DNA of 64,000 bases from NCBI GenBank assembly GCA_963788195.1, contig CAWBGA010000017.1, positions 96,001-160,000 of the forward strand, read 5' to 3'. A model generated the notes under the pieces. That model did no database searches, was not told the origin of the DNA, and worked only from the letters and a program-made list of their open reading frames with translations. The position numbers and the translations under genes are program-made. This document shows, piece after piece, positions 10,700 to 20,683 of this stretch; position 1 is the first letter of the stretch; every line of letters starts with the position of its first letter. Source of the DNA: Nitrospirota bacterium (GTDB lineage Bacteria > Nitrospirota > Nitrospiria > Nitrospirales > NS-4).

Positions 10700-11153
10700 T
10701 TGGAAACGAAGCCGATCGGTAGAAAAGACGGCACTAGATTCCCATAAACTACGCGGGCGAATCCTGATCGTTGAGGATGAAGAGCAGGTCCGCAAACCGA
10801 TGCGCCTGCATCTCACCAAAGCCGGCTATGAGGTTGTGGAAGTCGCGAACGGCGCCAAGGCTATTGAATTTTTGACGACACCGTCAAACGCGAATCTGAT
10901 CGACATAATTATATGTGATATCCGAATGCCGTTCGCGAACGGCCTTGAAGCCATCCGATATTGTCTCAGGCACCATCCATTGATACCGCTCGTCGTACTG
11001 ACCGGATATCCCGATGCGGAACTTGCCGGGTCTCTTCTGGAACAGGGCGTCAGAGACTACCTCGTCAAACCAGTCACGCGTGAAGAGCTCCTAGCCGTTC
11101 TCAAACGTCACATCCACGAGGCCGACAGTGAAATCGTGACGACATCACGGTGA
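10683..11153 (+). CDS. single-domain response regulator
   Basis: ILIVEDE, DIRMP, LTG and YLVKP receiver motifs; overlaps the kinase gene. Confidence 0.9.
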   Translation: MMESHDWKRSRSVEKTALDSHKLRGRILIVEDEEQVRKPMRLHLTKAGYEVVEVANGAKAIEFLTTPSNANLIDIIICDIRMPFANGLEAIRYCLRHHPLIPLVVLTGYPDAELAGSLLEQGVRDYLVKPVTREELLAVLKRHIHEADSEIVTTSR

Positions 11154-12367
11154 AAGCTCGACGAGAGGTCTCCGGACTCTTGTTGAAAATTACTATGCGA
11201 ATAGGTAAAAGTAGTCCGGAGCATCCGATTGATCGTGTAGCTCAGAGACAAGTCCGTGCCGAAAGAATCAAATGTCAAGCTTGAGCCAGTGGCTGTCGTT
11301 CCCGAGGCTCCCACCGTCGTTCCCGATACTGAGCTGCTGTGAGCAAAATTCACGCCCACTGACCCTGAGAGAGAATCGGTCAGTCCTTGCAACACCGAGA
11401 CGGCGAGCACATTGCTTTCCAACGCGCTGGCTGAGATAAAAAAACTCGGGGTCACCGATCTAACGAAGGAGATCGTCGCGGTCGTATTCCTTTCACGCCA
11501 CGACGCTGAGAGATTGAAGATGGGCGTCACCCGATCCGAGGGTGTGATTTGGGTTACGCCTGCTGATGCGTTTCCAGATAGTCTTTGGGAAAACTGATGC
11601 GTGAGTCCCACGGTGCCCCCCTGTGTGTGAAACCCCGGCACATCCCCCCCAAAATCAGCGCGCGAGTACTGATATTGAAGACTCAACGTATCGGTAGGGG
11701 TCAGCGTTATATTAGGACCCGCGTTGAGAGTCTGAAAGGTCGAATTGAACAAGGACTCCTCGGGCGCGGCCCCAATGGTATTGCCGAACTTCAGATAAGA
11801 GTAACCATAGTTTGCGGACAGACTCACGCGTGATGTTAAGGTGTAGCCGCCTGTGACCGACGTCAGACTCGTAAACGATCGGGCTCTTTGAGGCTGAATG
11901 CCGGTCGCAAACGGGTTAAAGCCGGCCGTCGCGCTCACAAACGCGGGCAATTCCGGGGTGTATGAAACCGATTCCGTAATCCGCAATTGCGCACGCTTGT
12001 CGAGCCGACCCACAAGTTCGCTCAGATCGACACTGGCGGTCCCAAAAACGGAAGTATAGTTGAAGTTTGTATTTTTTGCGTACGACGCAAAGAACGCCCC
12101 CCCGGTCAACGTAGCCGTTAACGGTCGCCCCCTATAATTGACATTCAGCGCAGGGGAGACGCTTGTGACAAAATCCTGGTTGCCCTGACCGCTGGCGGTG
12201 AAGAGGATGTTACTGTCGTAGCGCTCGGAGACTGTGAGTGTTGGAACGAATTGCAAATCGGCCATTGCCGGTAGGGCCACTGCCAGGATGATCGTAGCCC
12301 CGAAGCCCCCACTCAATAGTCGTCGCAGAAGAGGATACGAACGGCAACTTAGACTAGGGTCAGACAA
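11108..12367 (-). CDS. outer-membrane beta-barrel protein (exopolysaccharide-export-associated type)
   Basis: Signal peptide; FVPTLTVSERYDSNI at the mature N-terminus; alternating beta-strand pattern rich in S/T/G/Y. Confidence 0.75.
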   Translation of the reverse strand: MSDPSLSCRSYPLLRRLLSGGFGATIILAVALPAMADLQFVPTLTVSERYDSNILFTASGQGNQDFVTSVSPALNVNYRGRPLTATLTGGAFFASYAKNTNFNYTSVFGTASVDLSELVGRLDKRAQLRITESVSYTPELPAFVSATAGFNPFATGIQPQRARSFTSLTSVTGGYTLTSRVSLSANYGYSYLKFGNTIGAAPEESLFNSTFQTLNAGPNITLTPTDTLSLQYQYSRADFGGDVPGFHTQGGTVGLTHQFSQRLSGNASAGVTQITPSDRVTPIFNLSASWRERNTTATISFVRSVTPSFFISASALESNVLAVSVLQGLTDSLSGSVGVNFAHSSSVSGTTVGASGTTATGSSLTFDSFGTDLSLSYTINRMLRTTFTYSHSNFQQESGDLSSSFHRDVVTISLSASWM

Positions 12368-12496
12368 CTAGTTGGCACCTCTAACGGAAGTTCGTGCGCT
12401 CTATGTTCCCGCGAGAACTTATAAGCTGATTCCCGGGGTGTCAAGCACAAAGTGTCCATTGGCGCTTGCCGTCCCGCGTTTCGCAGTCGCCTCATT

Positions 12497-12532
12497 AGTA
12501 GATGGCTAGCCTAAAGTAGATGGCTAGCCTAA
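12497..12532. repeat. perfect 18-bp tandem direct repeat AGTAGATGGCTAGCCTAA x2 in a divergent intergenic region
   Basis: Read directly at 12497-12514 and 12515-12532. Confidence 0.9.
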
Positions 12533-12788
12533 TTACTAAACGGTCAAGCAACCTATTTAACACCCCTCATCGGTCCCGTCTTCATACCGGTGGTCCCGAC
12601 TGAAGCCTGAATGTAATTCCCTCCACCCTGATGTCTTTCTCACACAGGAGCGGGATCGCCAGGACGACCGCTGCAGGACATTTTCCACGATTACAATGTC
12701 TTTTAGCGCCGTGGAAAGTCTTACCTAGGCATCGGCATTGCACTGGTATCAGATCTTCGAGCGGGATGTAATAGGAGCAACTAGGAAA

Positions 12789-13388
12789 ATGCAAATGACT
12801 TCTACGGAAACTCTATCCTCAGCGCAACGGGTCATCGAACGCCGCAGCGGCTCAGGATTCCTCATGCTTTCTGCGTCCATGCAAGTGCTGCACTGGGATC
12901 GAGGGGCCTCGGAATTGTGCCGGCAGATCATTTCGCCCCCAAGGGAAGATACCCAAACCGCCGCCCTACCAGTTCCTGTGACTGGGCTGGCGAACGATAT
13001 CGTGAAGCTAATGGAAATTAGAACTGAGCCTAAGGACTGGGAGCAGTTTCAACTCCGCCGGATCGTAAAAAACGGTCCCGATTCGATCGTGCTGACAGGA
13101 ATAGGCTTTCCGCACCTCGGAGGTTTTAAGGACTCGCGAGTGCTTATCATTCTTGAACGGATCCGGCTTCGGCACAAATTCAGTCTCGAAAAAGCCAAGG
13201 AGCAATTTCATCTTACGGATCGTGAAACCGAAGTCATCGAGCATCTCATGAAAGGCTGGACGAACAAAGAGATCGCGAATGAGATCGCGATCAGCGAGCA
13301 GACAGTGAAGGAACACATCAAGCACATCATGGATAAGACCCAGACTTCTACCCGCACGGGGATTCTGGTGCAGATCTTCCAGGGGTGA
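12789..13388 (+). CDS. LuxR-family HTH transcriptional regulator without a receiver domain
   Basis: LTDRETEVIEHLMKGWTNKEIANEIAISEQTVKEHIKHI; start chosen at ATG 12789. Confidence 0.88.
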   Translation: MQMTSTETLSSAQRVIERRSGSGFLMLSASMQVLHWDRGASELCRQIISPPREDTQTAALPVPVTGLANDIVKLMEIRTEPKDWEQFQLRRIVKNGPDSIVLTGIGFPHLGGFKDSRVLIILERIRLRHKFSLEKAKEQFHLTDRETEVIEHLMKGWTNKEIANEIAISEQTVKEHIKHIMDKTQTSTRTGILVQIFQG

Positions 13389-16300
13389 GGATTAAAGAGC
13401 TCCCGCCGATGCCAATCGGCACGCCCCCTTGAAACATCACATAATTCCCGGTGATTGCCGGCGCTCTCTGTCCGGGCGTCACGATTCCTACGAGATTCAA
13501 AGGATCCGCTGCCGACACGCGGACCTCGTGAACGACAGGATTACGGCGAGCACTACGGAGGGCGTCGATAGCCTCCGGAAGCGCGAACTGCTCCCCCGTG
13601 AACCCGGCGACGAAGCGCCCGCCCCGTATTTCTCCACGTAATTCGAGCCGTCGATACTGAACCAGGAGGTCACGCCATGGCGGGGCGTTGGACTCGCGGC
13701 CTAGGAGATCTCGAAAGACGACTCCATAGCGACGCAAAAGCTGGCGGGCCACGCGCTCGGCGAACTCCGGCGAGCTTATCCGTAGCCGCTCGATGCCGAG
13801 CGACTCCGGACTGAACAGCGACCATCGCCCGATACTGTGCCTCGGACTCCTCGTACGCTCCCTACCTTCTGCCCGACGGCGGCGCGGATCGATCAAGGCT
13901 CTTAAACTGTCGAATCCGTCGGCCGTCGCGAGGCCGGCGCTCACGAGCTCCCACAGTCCTTGCTCCACTTCAGCGGGAAGAAAGCCGGTTCCCCTCACAA
14001 AGTCCGTGAAGAAACTCGCCCCGCGCTCGCATAGATGCCGGTGTAGAGCTTGGCCCACTGAGCTTAAGGTTGGCGGAGCAGTCTCCCGCGCCAGCAACCA
14101 ACCGACATCTTCCCGCGGGAAGACGCCAATAGGGGCCGCGCTCGTCAGATTCAGAATTTTCGCAGGAGGGGCGCTCAGGCGGCCCCAGGCCACAACGCCG
14201 CTCAAGCAAAGACGATCCAACAGCTCCGGTTTATAGCCCACCACCCGGTGAGCCAGAAGATATCGCTCCCAGGCCGGCCCGGCCGCCTCAAATCCGGACA
14301 GCTGCTGGATCACTTCCAGCAATCCTTGCTCACCGTGTAGTTGAGAGCCTGGCTCGAAATGCTGCCATTGAAACAAAAACCGGACGAAGTCGGCAGCCGT
14401 GACTGGCTCGATCTCCCGACGCAGAGCCGCTGTCGTCAGACGATGGATGCGCGCCAGGAGTCGGCGATGGCACCACTGTTCCGCTTGAGGTTGGTCCTTC
14501 TCGGGAAAAAGCTCCTCACTCCTCGCCGGTGTTGAAAAATGCCCGCGAAGAACCTGCCCACTAGCCTCACATTGAAGGAGCGCGGTCGATACAAGTGTTT
14601 CGGGTAGCTGCAGTCTTCGCGAAAGTTCAGCCGCTGTCGTCGGGCCGACCACTTCCATCCAGCCCTGCACGATCGCGCTCACCGCCTCTTGCGCATCGGG
14701 CACGTGTCCAGGAGTGGGCACCCCTTTGCACGTGTCATCGACGCCAGAGCGGGCACTGCTCATCAGGGCTTGGCCATAGACTTGCCTCTCAGTCGCAATC
14801 CAAACCTGGCCCTCCTGCGCCTTGCCGTCTACCCCATTCACGGTGCGCGGTGCACCTGCCATCGAAGCGACAGGCGACTCAATGGCAATGCCCCCAACGG
14901 CCATTATCATGGCGCGGCCCGTCCCAAGTAGCGCGGAAAGGTGCGCGGCCCAATCCTCCGGCGCCTGGTCCGCGGGGATCCAAATTAAGCTCAGCAGAGC
15001 ATCATGCAGTTCATCGGGATCACGAACGACCGGCGCCGCCTCCTCCACCACTTGTGCAATCGCCGCAGGATCCAATCCGCCCAATCGAGCGCTGAGGTCG
15101 CTCGGCAAAGTCCGTCGCATCTGCACAGCGCGCGTCCGACGTTCCTCCAGGGGGGCGTCATCCAAGAACGCGTATGGATTGGCGTTAAGAATCTCGTGCC
15201 CGAAGGCTGAGGGGGCGGGTGTCTCTGCGGCGATGCAACGAATCTCACCTCGCTCGATCCGCTCAAGGACACGGATAAGCCCTTCCACATCCAACGCTTC
15301 GGTCAAACAGTCCTGCAACGTCTCGCGAACAAGCGGATGGTCCGGAGGCTCGATGTCGTGTGGGTTATCCTGGCACGCGGTCACGGCCGGAAACACCGCC
15401 GACAATAAGTCCTCCGCGCGCATCCGCTGAATCTGTGGAGGCACCCGGCGGCCGTGACTAAACCGGAGAAGAGCCAGTGCGCGGGACGCATTCCATCGCC
15501 AGCGTGTCATGAACATCGGCGATACGAGGACGGCTTTTGTCAGAACCTCTTTGACGCTTGCCGCTTTGAGGAAATCGAACACCGAGGCGAGTGGAAAACT
15601 GTGCCTCTCTCCGAGTGAGATGACCAGACCTTCATCCGTGGCAGCCGCTTGCAGCTCGAGGTCGAACGCGGCGCAAAAACGTTTTCGTAACGCCAGTCCC
15701 CAAGCACGGTTCAATCGCCCCCCGAACGGCGCATGAAGAACGAGTTGCATGCCGCCGCTTTCGTCGAAAAAACGCTCGGCAACGATCGTCTCCTGCGTCG
15801 GCACGGTGCCGAGCAGGTCGCGCCCCTCTTTGATATACCCCAACGCCTGTTCGGCTCCACGGCGATCCAGCGCACATTCCACCTCCAGCCATCTGACGGC
15901 CGAATCTATTCCCTGTGGGTCTGACGCCTTCTCCAGAAAGTCCTGGAGCTCTTGTCGGACGCGTGCCACCTGCGCTGAAAGTTCGGCCGTCCTGGAGGGC
16001 GCCTCCCCGCGCCAGAACGGAATGGTGGGCGGCGCGCCATGAGCATCTTCTACGCGTACGGTGCCGGTCTCGATGCCACGAATGCGCCAGGATGCGTTAC
16101 CTAATAGCATGATATCGCCGGCCAGACTTTCCACGGCGAAATCTTCATCAACGGAGCCGACAACAAGCCCCTCGGGTTCCGCGATGACAGCGTAGTTTGC
16201 CGTGTCCGGAATCGCGCCTCCGGAGGTCAGGGCAGCCAGCCGCGCGCCGCGGCGGCCTCGTACCCGGTTCTGGACTCGATCATGATGGAGGAGGGCCCCC

Positions 16301-17688
16301 CTTCGCCCCTGCGACGTGGCAAAGCCGTCGCTGAGCATGTGCACCACGGAATCGAAATCCTCGCGTTTGAGCTGCCGATACGGATAGGCGCCGCGACATA
16401 ACGCAAAAAGGGAGTCTTCCGGCCAGTCCTGCGTGGCTGCAGACGCGACGATCTGCTGTGCAAGAATGTCCAACGGCTCGGCTGGGATGGTGGCACGGTC
16501 GAGGATACCCTCACGTATCGACTTCACCACCGCCGCACACTCAATCAAATCATCGCGCGTGGTCGGAAAAAGTCTCCCTTTCGGCAGAGCGCCGATCCAG
16601 TGTCCCGATCGTCCGATGCGTTGAAGCGCAGTGGCTATGGCTCGCGGCGATCCTACCTGACACACGAGTTCCACGCTGCCGATATCGATTCCAAGCTCGA
16701 GTGAGGCAGTGGCGACGATGACACGGATCTCGCCGCGTTTGAGCCGATCCTCCGCAGACAACCGAAGGCGCCGCGATAGACTCCCATGATGCGCGGCAAC
16801 CTGGTCCTCCCCTAAACGCTCGCCCAGATGATGCGCGATCCGTTCCGCCAGCCGCCGTGTGTTGACAAAAATCAGAGTCGTGCGATGCCCGCGGGCCAAT
16901 TCTGCCAAACGATCGTAGATTTCGCTCCAGATGGCATTCGTGGCGACGCTGCCCAATTCGTCCTTGGGAACTTCTACGCCGAGGTCCATCCTTCGCTGAT
17001 GGCCCATGTCGATGACCCGGCATGGATTCCCCTTGCCGCCGATAAGAAACGCAGCTATTTCGTCGATCGGCTTCTGTGTCGCGGACAGACCGATACGTGC
17101 GGGCTTGGTACCTGTCAGAGCTTCGAGCCGTTCGAGCGACAAGGAGAGATGTGCGCCGCGCTTGTTTGACGCGACCGCGTGAATTTCGTCGACAATGACG
17201 GTCCTGATGTCTCGAAGCACCTCGCGGCTCTTCTCGGCAGTCAGTAACAGAAACAGCGATTCTGGTGTTGTAATCAGGATATGCGGCGGGCGCAAGAGCA
17301 TGCGCCGCCGGTTCCACGCGGGGGTGTCCCCGGTCCGCACCTCTACACGGAGTTCGGGGATCAGGATCCCGGCATCAATGGCCTTCTGCCCGATTTCTGC
17401 AAGCGGTTGCTGCAGATTTTTCTGCACGTCATTGCTCAGAGCTTTTAGAGGAGACACATAGAGCACTTGCGTCTTCTCTTCCAGTTCTCCAGCCAGCGCC
17501 TGCTTGAACAATCTATCAAGACAAACGAGAAAGGCGGCCAAGGTCTTCCCCGACCCCGTCGGTGCGGCGATCAGAGTATCGCCTCCAGAGGTGATAGCAG
17601 GCCAGCTCTCGAGTTGGACGTCGGTCGGCTCGCTAAAGCGTCCTCGAAACCACTCCCCGATCACAGGATGAAACAGCGCCAGCGACAT
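13348..17688 (-). CDS. lhr: Lhr-family ATP-dependent DEAD/H helicase
   Basis: APTGSGKT, YVSPLKALSND, DEIH, LSAT, ATASLELGIDIG, QRIGRSGH; C-terminal LLRRYGVV and GGRFVAG. Confidence 0.92.
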   Translation of the reverse strand: MSLALFHPVIGEWFRGRFSEPTDVQLESWPAITSGGDTLIAAPTGSGKTLAAFLVCLDRLFKQALAGELEEKTQVLYVSPLKALSNDVQKNLQQPLAEIGQKAIDAGILIPELRVEVRTGDTPAWNRRRMLLRPPHILITTPESLFLLLTAEKSREVLRDIRTVIVDEIHAVASNKRGAHLSLSLERLEALTGTKPARIGLSATQKPIDEIAAFLIGGKGNPCRVIDMGHQRRMDLGVEVPKDELGSVATNAIWSEIYDRLAELARGHRTTLIFVNTRRLAERIAHHLGERLGEDQVAAHHGSLSRRLRLSAEDRLKRGEIRVIVATASLELGIDIGSVELVCQVGSPRAIATALQRIGRSGHWIGALPKGRLFPTTRDDLIECAAVVKSIREGILDRATIPAEPLDILAQQIVASAATQDWPEDSLFALCRGAYPYRQLKREDFDSVVHMLSDGFATSQGRRGALLHHDRVQNRVRGRRGARLAALTSGGAIPDTANYAVIAEPEGLVVGSVDEDFAVESLAGDIMLLGNASWRIRGIETGTVRVEDAHGAPPTIPFWRGEAPSRTAELSAQVARVRQELQDFLEKASDPQGIDSAVRWLEVECALDRRGAEQALGYIKEGRDLLGTVPTQETIVAERFFDESGGMQLVLHAPFGGRLNRAWGLALRKRFCAAFDLELQAAATDEGLVISLGERHSFPLASVFDFLKAASVKEVLTKAVLVSPMFMTRWRWNASRALALLRFSHGRRVPPQIQRMRAEDLLSAVFPAVTACQDNPHDIEPPDHPLVRETLQDCLTEALDVEGLIRVLERIERGEIRCIAAETPAPSAFGHEILNANPYAFLDDAPLEERRTRAVQMRRTLPSDLSARLGGLDPAAIAQVVEEAAPVVRDPDELHDALLSLIWIPADQAPEDWAAHLSALLGTGRAMIMAVGGIAIESPVASMAGAPRTVNGVDGKAQEGQVWIATERQVYGQALMSSARSGVDDTCKGVPTPGHVPDAQEAVSAIVQGWMEVVGPTTAAELSRRLQLPETLVSTALLQCEASGQVLRGHFSTPARSEELFPEKDQPQAEQWCHRRLLARIHRLTTAALRREIEPVTAADFVRFLFQWQHFEPGSQLHGEQGLLEVIQQLSGFEAAGPAWERYLLAHRVVGYKPELLDRLCLSGVVAWGRLSAPPAKILNLTSAAPIGVFPREDVGWLLARETAPPTLSSVGQALHRHLCERGASFFTDFVRGTGFLPAEVEQGLWELVSAGLATADGFDSLRALIDPRRRRAEGRERTRSPRHSIGRWSLFSPESLGIERLRISSPEFAERVARQLLRRYGVVFRDLLGRESNAPPWRDLLVQYRRLELRGEIRGGRFVAGFTGEQFALPEAIDALRSARRNPVVHEVRVSAADPLNLVGIVTPGQRAPAITGNYVMFQGGVPIGIGGSSLILTPGRSAPESPCG

Positions 17689-17816
17689 AGGAAGATTGTA
17701 ACACTACGGCACCCTTGCGGGCATCACCGACGGACCCCCCGTCCTGATCTTTTTCGGCCCCCATATTTAGGTACTTTCACCAATCTTCCGATACAACTGT
17801 AGAGGAAGCAACTATT

Positions 17817-18911
17817 TTGCCGTTTCAACGACGACCATTACGTCATCCACACCTCCCGGCACGGGAAATCCTGGTGTCCCGGCGGACCGCCGGCATGCAT
17901 CCCGCACTTTCCACTCATCGCCCTGACGAAGAACTCCTAGGCCTGCGCATGTGCGATTTAGGATTGCAGTTACGTGGGACTTGGCTTGCTGGCTGCCTTG
18001 ACAAGTTGTGTAGAGAACTCGAACGCCGCAAGATTCGTTTCTGCCCGCATGCTTGGCTGTCACACGATTGGTTTTGCCCTGACGGAGTGCCCGGGATCGC
18101 GATTCCGTTTTACCTTGCCCATCCGCAGTTGATGCGTCTCGAGTATCGGCAGATCGGGGATGTTGAAGGCGGCTCCCGGGAAGCGTGCATGAGGATTCTG
18201 CGGCATGAGAGCGGACACGCCCTCCAGCATGCCTACCAGTTGCAGCGGCGACGCGGTTATCGGCAGTTGTTCGGAAAATCCTCTCAGCCATACCCTGAAT
18301 ACTACCGTCCCTATCCCCGCAGCAGGGATTATGTCTACCACTTGCCGCTCTATTACGCCCAGAGCCACCCGGACGAGGATTTTGCCGAAACGTTCGCCGT
18401 ATGGCTCCAACGCCGTGCCACGTGGCGCAAGCGATACCGGGGTTGGCCCGCCCTCAAAAAACTGCAATACGTCGACGCGGTGATGGCGGAACTCAAGGAT
18501 GCGCGACCGCTGATCTCGTCCCGCAAGGAGGTGGATCCCGTACGCCTCCTTAAAACGAAGTTGCGGAACCACTATGCGGCCAAGCGTGACCGATACGAGC
18601 GGGGTCATCCGGACATCTACGACCGTGACTTGCGTCGATTGTTTTCCGACGACCCGAAGTTTCGTGCCCGTGAGCACGCGTCAAAGTTTTTGAGAGACCG
18701 GCGAGCCCGCATCCGAGCGCTCGTCGGGGAAACCCGGTCGGAGAACATGCCTGCCCTGGAACTCGTGCTTGACGACATGATCGGACGGTGCCGGGAACTT
18801 AGGCTTCGCGCCGTGGGTTCCAAGCGAGAGATGCTGAGCGGTTTCACCCGCCTGCTACGCCGCAAAACAAAGGTCTTCCTCTCACGAAGGCTGACCAGAA
18901 TCGCCCTATGA
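17817..18911 (+). CDS. putative zinc-binding metallopeptidase (Peptidase_Mx / zincin-like)
   Basis: HESGH (HExxH) and YAQSHPDEDFAETFAVWL. Start may instead be ATG 17895. Confidence 0.82.
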   Translation: MPFQRRPLRHPHLPAREILVSRRTAGMHPALSTHRPDEELLGLRMCDLGLQLRGTWLAGCLDKLCRELERRKIRFCPHAWLSHDWFCPDGVPGIAIPFYLAHPQLMRLEYRQIGDVEGGSREACMRILRHESGHALQHAYQLQRRRGYRQLFGKSSQPYPEYYRPYPRSRDYVYHLPLYYAQSHPDEDFAETFAVWLQRRATWRKRYRGWPALKKLQYVDAVMAELKDARPLISSRKEVDPVRLLKTKLRNHYAAKRDRYERGHPDIYDRDLRRLFSDDPKFRAREHASKFLRDRRARIRALVGETRSENMPALELVLDDMIGRCRELRLRAVGSKREMLSGFTRLLRRKTKVFLSRRLTRIAL

Positions 18912-19939
18912 TGAAGCCGCGAGTAAAAAAACTTCGCATCCTGGCGCTGGTGCATCCTTCCCTGCAACCGCCTGAAACTCTTGACGGCTTAAGCGTCAAG
19001 GCTGCGTATGCCATCAAGACGGAATACGACATCGTCACGACGCTGCGCCAGCTTGGCCATGAGGTCCAGGTCCTCGGTGTTCAAGAGGAGTTGATGCCGA
19101 TCCGAACAGCCGTCACGGACTGGAAACCGCAGATCGTTTTCAATCTCCTCGAAGAGTTCCACGGTATCGCCGTCTATGATCAGCACGTCGTCGGCTTTAT
19201 GGAGCTGCTCCAGGTGTGCTACACCGGCTGCAATCCGCGCGGCCTTGTGCTTGCGCGGGGGAAAGCCTTATCGAAGAAACTTGTGACCTATCATCGCGTC
19301 CGCGTGCCGGCCTTTACTGTGTTCCCGCGCGGTCATCGGGCTCGGCTGCCTCGTGGCCTTCAATTCCCCTTGATCATCAAGAGCCTCACCGAAGAGTCAT
19401 CCAACGGGATTTCCCAAGCCTCGATTGTGGATACTCCGGAAAAACTCGAGGAGCGCGTGGCGTTCATCCATAACAGCATCGGCACCGACGCCATCGCCGA
19501 GCAGTATATTGAGGGTCGGGAGATCTATGTTGGCGCGATCGGAAACAAGCGCGTGCAGGTGTTGCCGATCTGGGAGCTGGAGTTTTCCAATCTGCCGCCG
19601 GGCACTGCCGCCATCGCCACGGCCCGCGTCAAACATAACCCCCATTATCAAGAGAAACTCGGGATCAAGCAGCACCCGGCCAAAAACTTAAGCCCCGCCT
19701 TGGAACGTCAGATTGTGAGGACGACACGACGCATCTTCAAAATTCTCGAGCTCGATGGGTATGCGCGCATCGATTACCGATTGGCTTCGGACGGGACACT
19801 CTATTTTCTGGAAGCTAACCCAAATCCCGAGATCGCGGAAAGCGAGGAGTTTGCCTCAGCCGCGAAAGCCGCAGGGATGTCCTATCCCAAGCTTGTCCAG
19901 AAGATTGTGACCCTTGGATTAGGCCGAGGTTGCGTGTAG
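18908..19939 (+). CDS. ATP-grasp ligase of the D-Ala-D-Ala ligase-like family
   Basis: VFNL, YTG, FPLIIKS, EQYIEGRE, GYARIDYR, FLEANPNP; ATGA overlap with the peptidase gene. Confidence 0.88.
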   Translation: MMKPRVKKLRILALVHPSLQPPETLDGLSVKAAYAIKTEYDIVTTLRQLGHEVQVLGVQEELMPIRTAVTDWKPQIVFNLLEEFHGIAVYDQHVVGFMELLQVCYTGCNPRGLVLARGKALSKKLVTYHRVRVPAFTVFPRGHRARLPRGLQFPLIIKSLTEESSNGISQASIVDTPEKLEERVAFIHNSIGTDAIAEQYIEGREIYVGAIGNKRVQVLPIWELEFSNLPPGTAAIATARVKHNPHYQEKLGIKQHPAKNLSPALERQIVRTTRRIFKILELDGYARIDYRLASDGTLYFLEANPNPEIAESEEFASAAKAAGMSYPKLVQKIVTLGLGRGCV

Positions 19940-19944
19940 ACAGA

Positions 19945-20134
19945 CATTACACCCGCCCCACCCCGCAGGCGCCGAGACGCCTGCTTTTCCCGTGGCACCC
20001 GCCCAGCCCTGGAATCTCATTTCACCCGCCCACCCCAAGCCTGCCGAGACAGGCTTTTGTCCCGTAGGACAGATTCCTTTTCCCCTACTACACCCGCCCA
20101 GCCCTGGAATCTGCCTAGACAGATTCCTTTTCCC
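19945..20134 (+). repeat. cluster A of the variable-stem hairpin repeat family (4 units, one nested)
   Basis: Stems GCAGGC/GCCTGC, AAGCCT/AGGCTT and GGAATCT/AGATTCC around GCC(G/T)AGAC, with CACCCGCCCA and TT(T/G)TCCC flanks. Confidence 0.9.
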
Positions 20135-20372
20135 AATGCCGCCAAGGTTCTAGTTCAGCGTCGTCGGTTGCCCGTGGCGGCGGCGGAGACGCGTGTGGAA
20201 AGTTCGTGCGGCGGTCAAGAATAATATAGGACATCCCCCCGACGACGTATCGTACCAGCGCCAGTGGAATCCATCGCTCAAAATAGCCGGCGCCTTTGCA
20301 GTACGGGCACAGCTGCCGAAAGGGATCGTTGGGGCATCTCGAACGAATACGAATTTGCACGGACGCAACCAA
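20115..20372 (-). CDS. small Cys-containing hypothetical protein
   Basis: 85 aa with RCPND...CPYCKG; upstream TTGACA (20439-20444) with a candidate -10 element. Confidence 0.45.
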   Translation of the reverse strand: MVASVQIRIRSRCPNDPFRQLCPYCKGAGYFERWIPLALVRYVVGGMSYIILDRRTNFPHASPPPPRATDDAELEPWRHWEKESV

Positions 20373-20459
20373 AATTAAAGATTAAAACTGTAGGTAATCT
20401 AAGTAGTGAAAGCTGACAGTATACTGAGGACGCATGCATGTCAAGTATTCCGCGGTGCG

Positions 20460-20477
20460 CGTTGTTATATAACAACG
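20460..20477. promoter_or_regulatory. perfect 18-bp palindrome CGTTGTTATATAACAACG, candidate regulator site
   Basis: Perfect inverted repeat between divergent genes, beside a TTGACA. Confidence 0.55.
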
Positions 20478-20554
20478 ACATGGACCCAGCGGGGTTACAC
20501 TTGAAAGCTGCTGAAAGCGTTCGAAATGGTATTTGCGGCGAACGCTTCCTATCG

Positions 20555-20597
20555 CACCCGCCCGCCCTGAAATCTGCCAAGACAGATTTCTTTTCCC
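20555..20597 (+). repeat. single variable-stem repeat unit (locus B)
   Basis: CACCCGCCCGCCCT-GAAATCT-GCCAAGAC-AGATTTC-TTTTCCC. Confidence 0.88.
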
Positions 20598-20683
20598 CCC
20601 AAGGTCCCATACGACGCCCTTGCTTTGCTATAATTATCGAGGTGGATGCCGCCCAGAAAGCTGATCTGGAGGTCGCACCTGAA

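Noticed and set aside
20438..20683. N-terminal 82 aa of the track's Slp ORF
   Set aside because: It spans promoter and repeat DNA. The RBS and lipoprotein signal support a start at 20684.
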